A stretch of DNA of 64,000 nucleotides, taken from positions 64,001 through 128,000 of the forward strand of contig JBGARZ010000006.1 in NCBI GenBank assembly GCA_044229975.1. The letters run 5' to 3'. Made by a program: the position numbers and the translations under genes. The notes beneath the pieces were generated by a model. The model had not been told where the DNA came from. It ran no database searches and saw only the letters and a program-made list of their open reading frames with translations. Below, one piece after another: positions 63,234 through 64,000 of the stretch; position 1 is the stretch's first letter, and each line of letters begins with the position of its first letter. This DNA is from Polyangiales bacterium (GTDB taxonomy: Bacteria > Myxococcota_A > Polyangia > Polyangiales > Ga0077539).

Positions 63234-64000
63234 GTGAGCGACGGGCGCGGGAGCTGGCTGGCCTTCGAGCGCAACGTCGTCGTGCGCGCCGGCGCCGGAA
63301 CCGGCAAGACCGAAGCCCTCGCCACCGTCTACCTGCACCTCGTCGGCGGTCTCTCCTCCTCCGACGTCTGGGGCCGCGGCGGCGTCTCACCCGAGCGCAT
63401 CGTCGCGCTGACCTTCACCGAAAAAGCCGCCCGCGAGATGCGCGAACGCATCACCGAGGCCGTCACCCTCCTCGCCACCGAGCGCCTCCCGCGCGCCCTC
63501 GAGTCCCTCGACGAGACCGAGCGCCGCGTGGCCGCCCAGCGCTGGGGGATCGTTCGCGGGACGTCCCCCGCCGTCGTCGCGCGTGTGCTCGCCCTCGCCG
63601 ACGGAGCCGCGCGCAACGGCCTCCCGCTGCCACCGCCCGAGGTCTGGCAGCGCATCGCCTGGAGCCTCGGCGGCGCTCACATCGGGACCTTCCACGGCTT
63701 CGCGGCGGGTGTCTTGTTGCGCGCGGCGGCCGACCTCGGGCTCGACCCGGCCTTCGCCGTGCTGGAGCAGGAGGAGTCCGATCAGCTCCTGCGGAGCGCG
63801 GCGCTCGCGGCGCTGTCGACCTTCGCGCAGCGCGACGTGACGGCGGTGGTCGAGCTCATGGCCACGGCGGGCGGTCTCGGCGAGACGGCCGAGCGCGGCC
63901 TCGTGACGCTCATCGCCAACCTCGCGCAGCGCTTCGACGAGGAGGGCGTCTCGCCCGCGGCGTCGGGCGTGGCCAGCGCGACGGAGCCCACCGACGCGCG
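63234..64000 (+). CDS. UvrD/AddA-like helicase, 3' end outside window
   Basis: VVRAGAGTGKT, IVALTFTEKAAREMRERI, IGTFHGFA. Confidence 0.88.
   Translation, partial: MSDGRGSWLAFERNVVVRAGAGTGKTEALATVYLHLVGGLSSSDVWGRGGVSPERIVALTFTEKAAREMRERITEAVTLLATERLPRALESLDETERRVAAQRWGIVRGTSPAVVARVLALADGAARNGLPLPPPEVWQRIAWSLGGAHIGTFHGFAAGVLLRAAADLGLDPAFAVLEQEESDQLLRSAALAALSTFAQRDVTAVVELMATAGGLGETAERGLVTLIANLAQRFDEEGVSPAASGVASATEPTDA

Overview
GC-rich bacterial chromosomal window whose gene content (three Ser/Thr kinases, PEGA, Cys-rich and ferritin-like lipoproteins, Uma2, a giant Zn-metalloprotease) suggests a myxobacterium (Myxococcota; inference). The backbone is housekeeping and metabolic: sirtuin, rplU-rpmA, ECF sigma/anti-sigma, ndk, cydAB, peroxiredoxin, uvrB, 5'-nucleotidase, rpmB, glgP, gloB, eutB and an AddA/UvrD-like helicase. 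No tRNA, rRNA or CRISPR array was seen. Four accessory signals stand out. (1) A stand-alone IS200-type HUH/Y1 transposase gene is enclosed by 135-bp near-perfect inverted repeats. Two gene-less giant palindromes (16.4 kb, 36.8 kb) share its end architecture: an inner GCGCAG-capped hairpin, a short linker, then an outer hairpin. This is a candidate autonomous/non-autonomous ssDNA palindrome system. (2) Two distant paralogous HExxH/Cys4 (archaemetzincin-like) proteins share a C-terminal core but have unrelated N-termini. One sits in an AT-richer island with a T6SS-adaptor-like gene and an IS91 remnant; the other is followed by a candidate immunity gene. (3) A ~1.65-kb cassette is bounded by ~130-bp direct repeats and carries two 2-TM ORFs and an excisionase-like HTH gene, with 22-bp iteron-like tandem repeats nearby. 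(4) Smaller signals are further palindromes, a textbook sigma-54 promoter and an eutB without eutC. All family calls come from motif recognition by eye, not from database searches.
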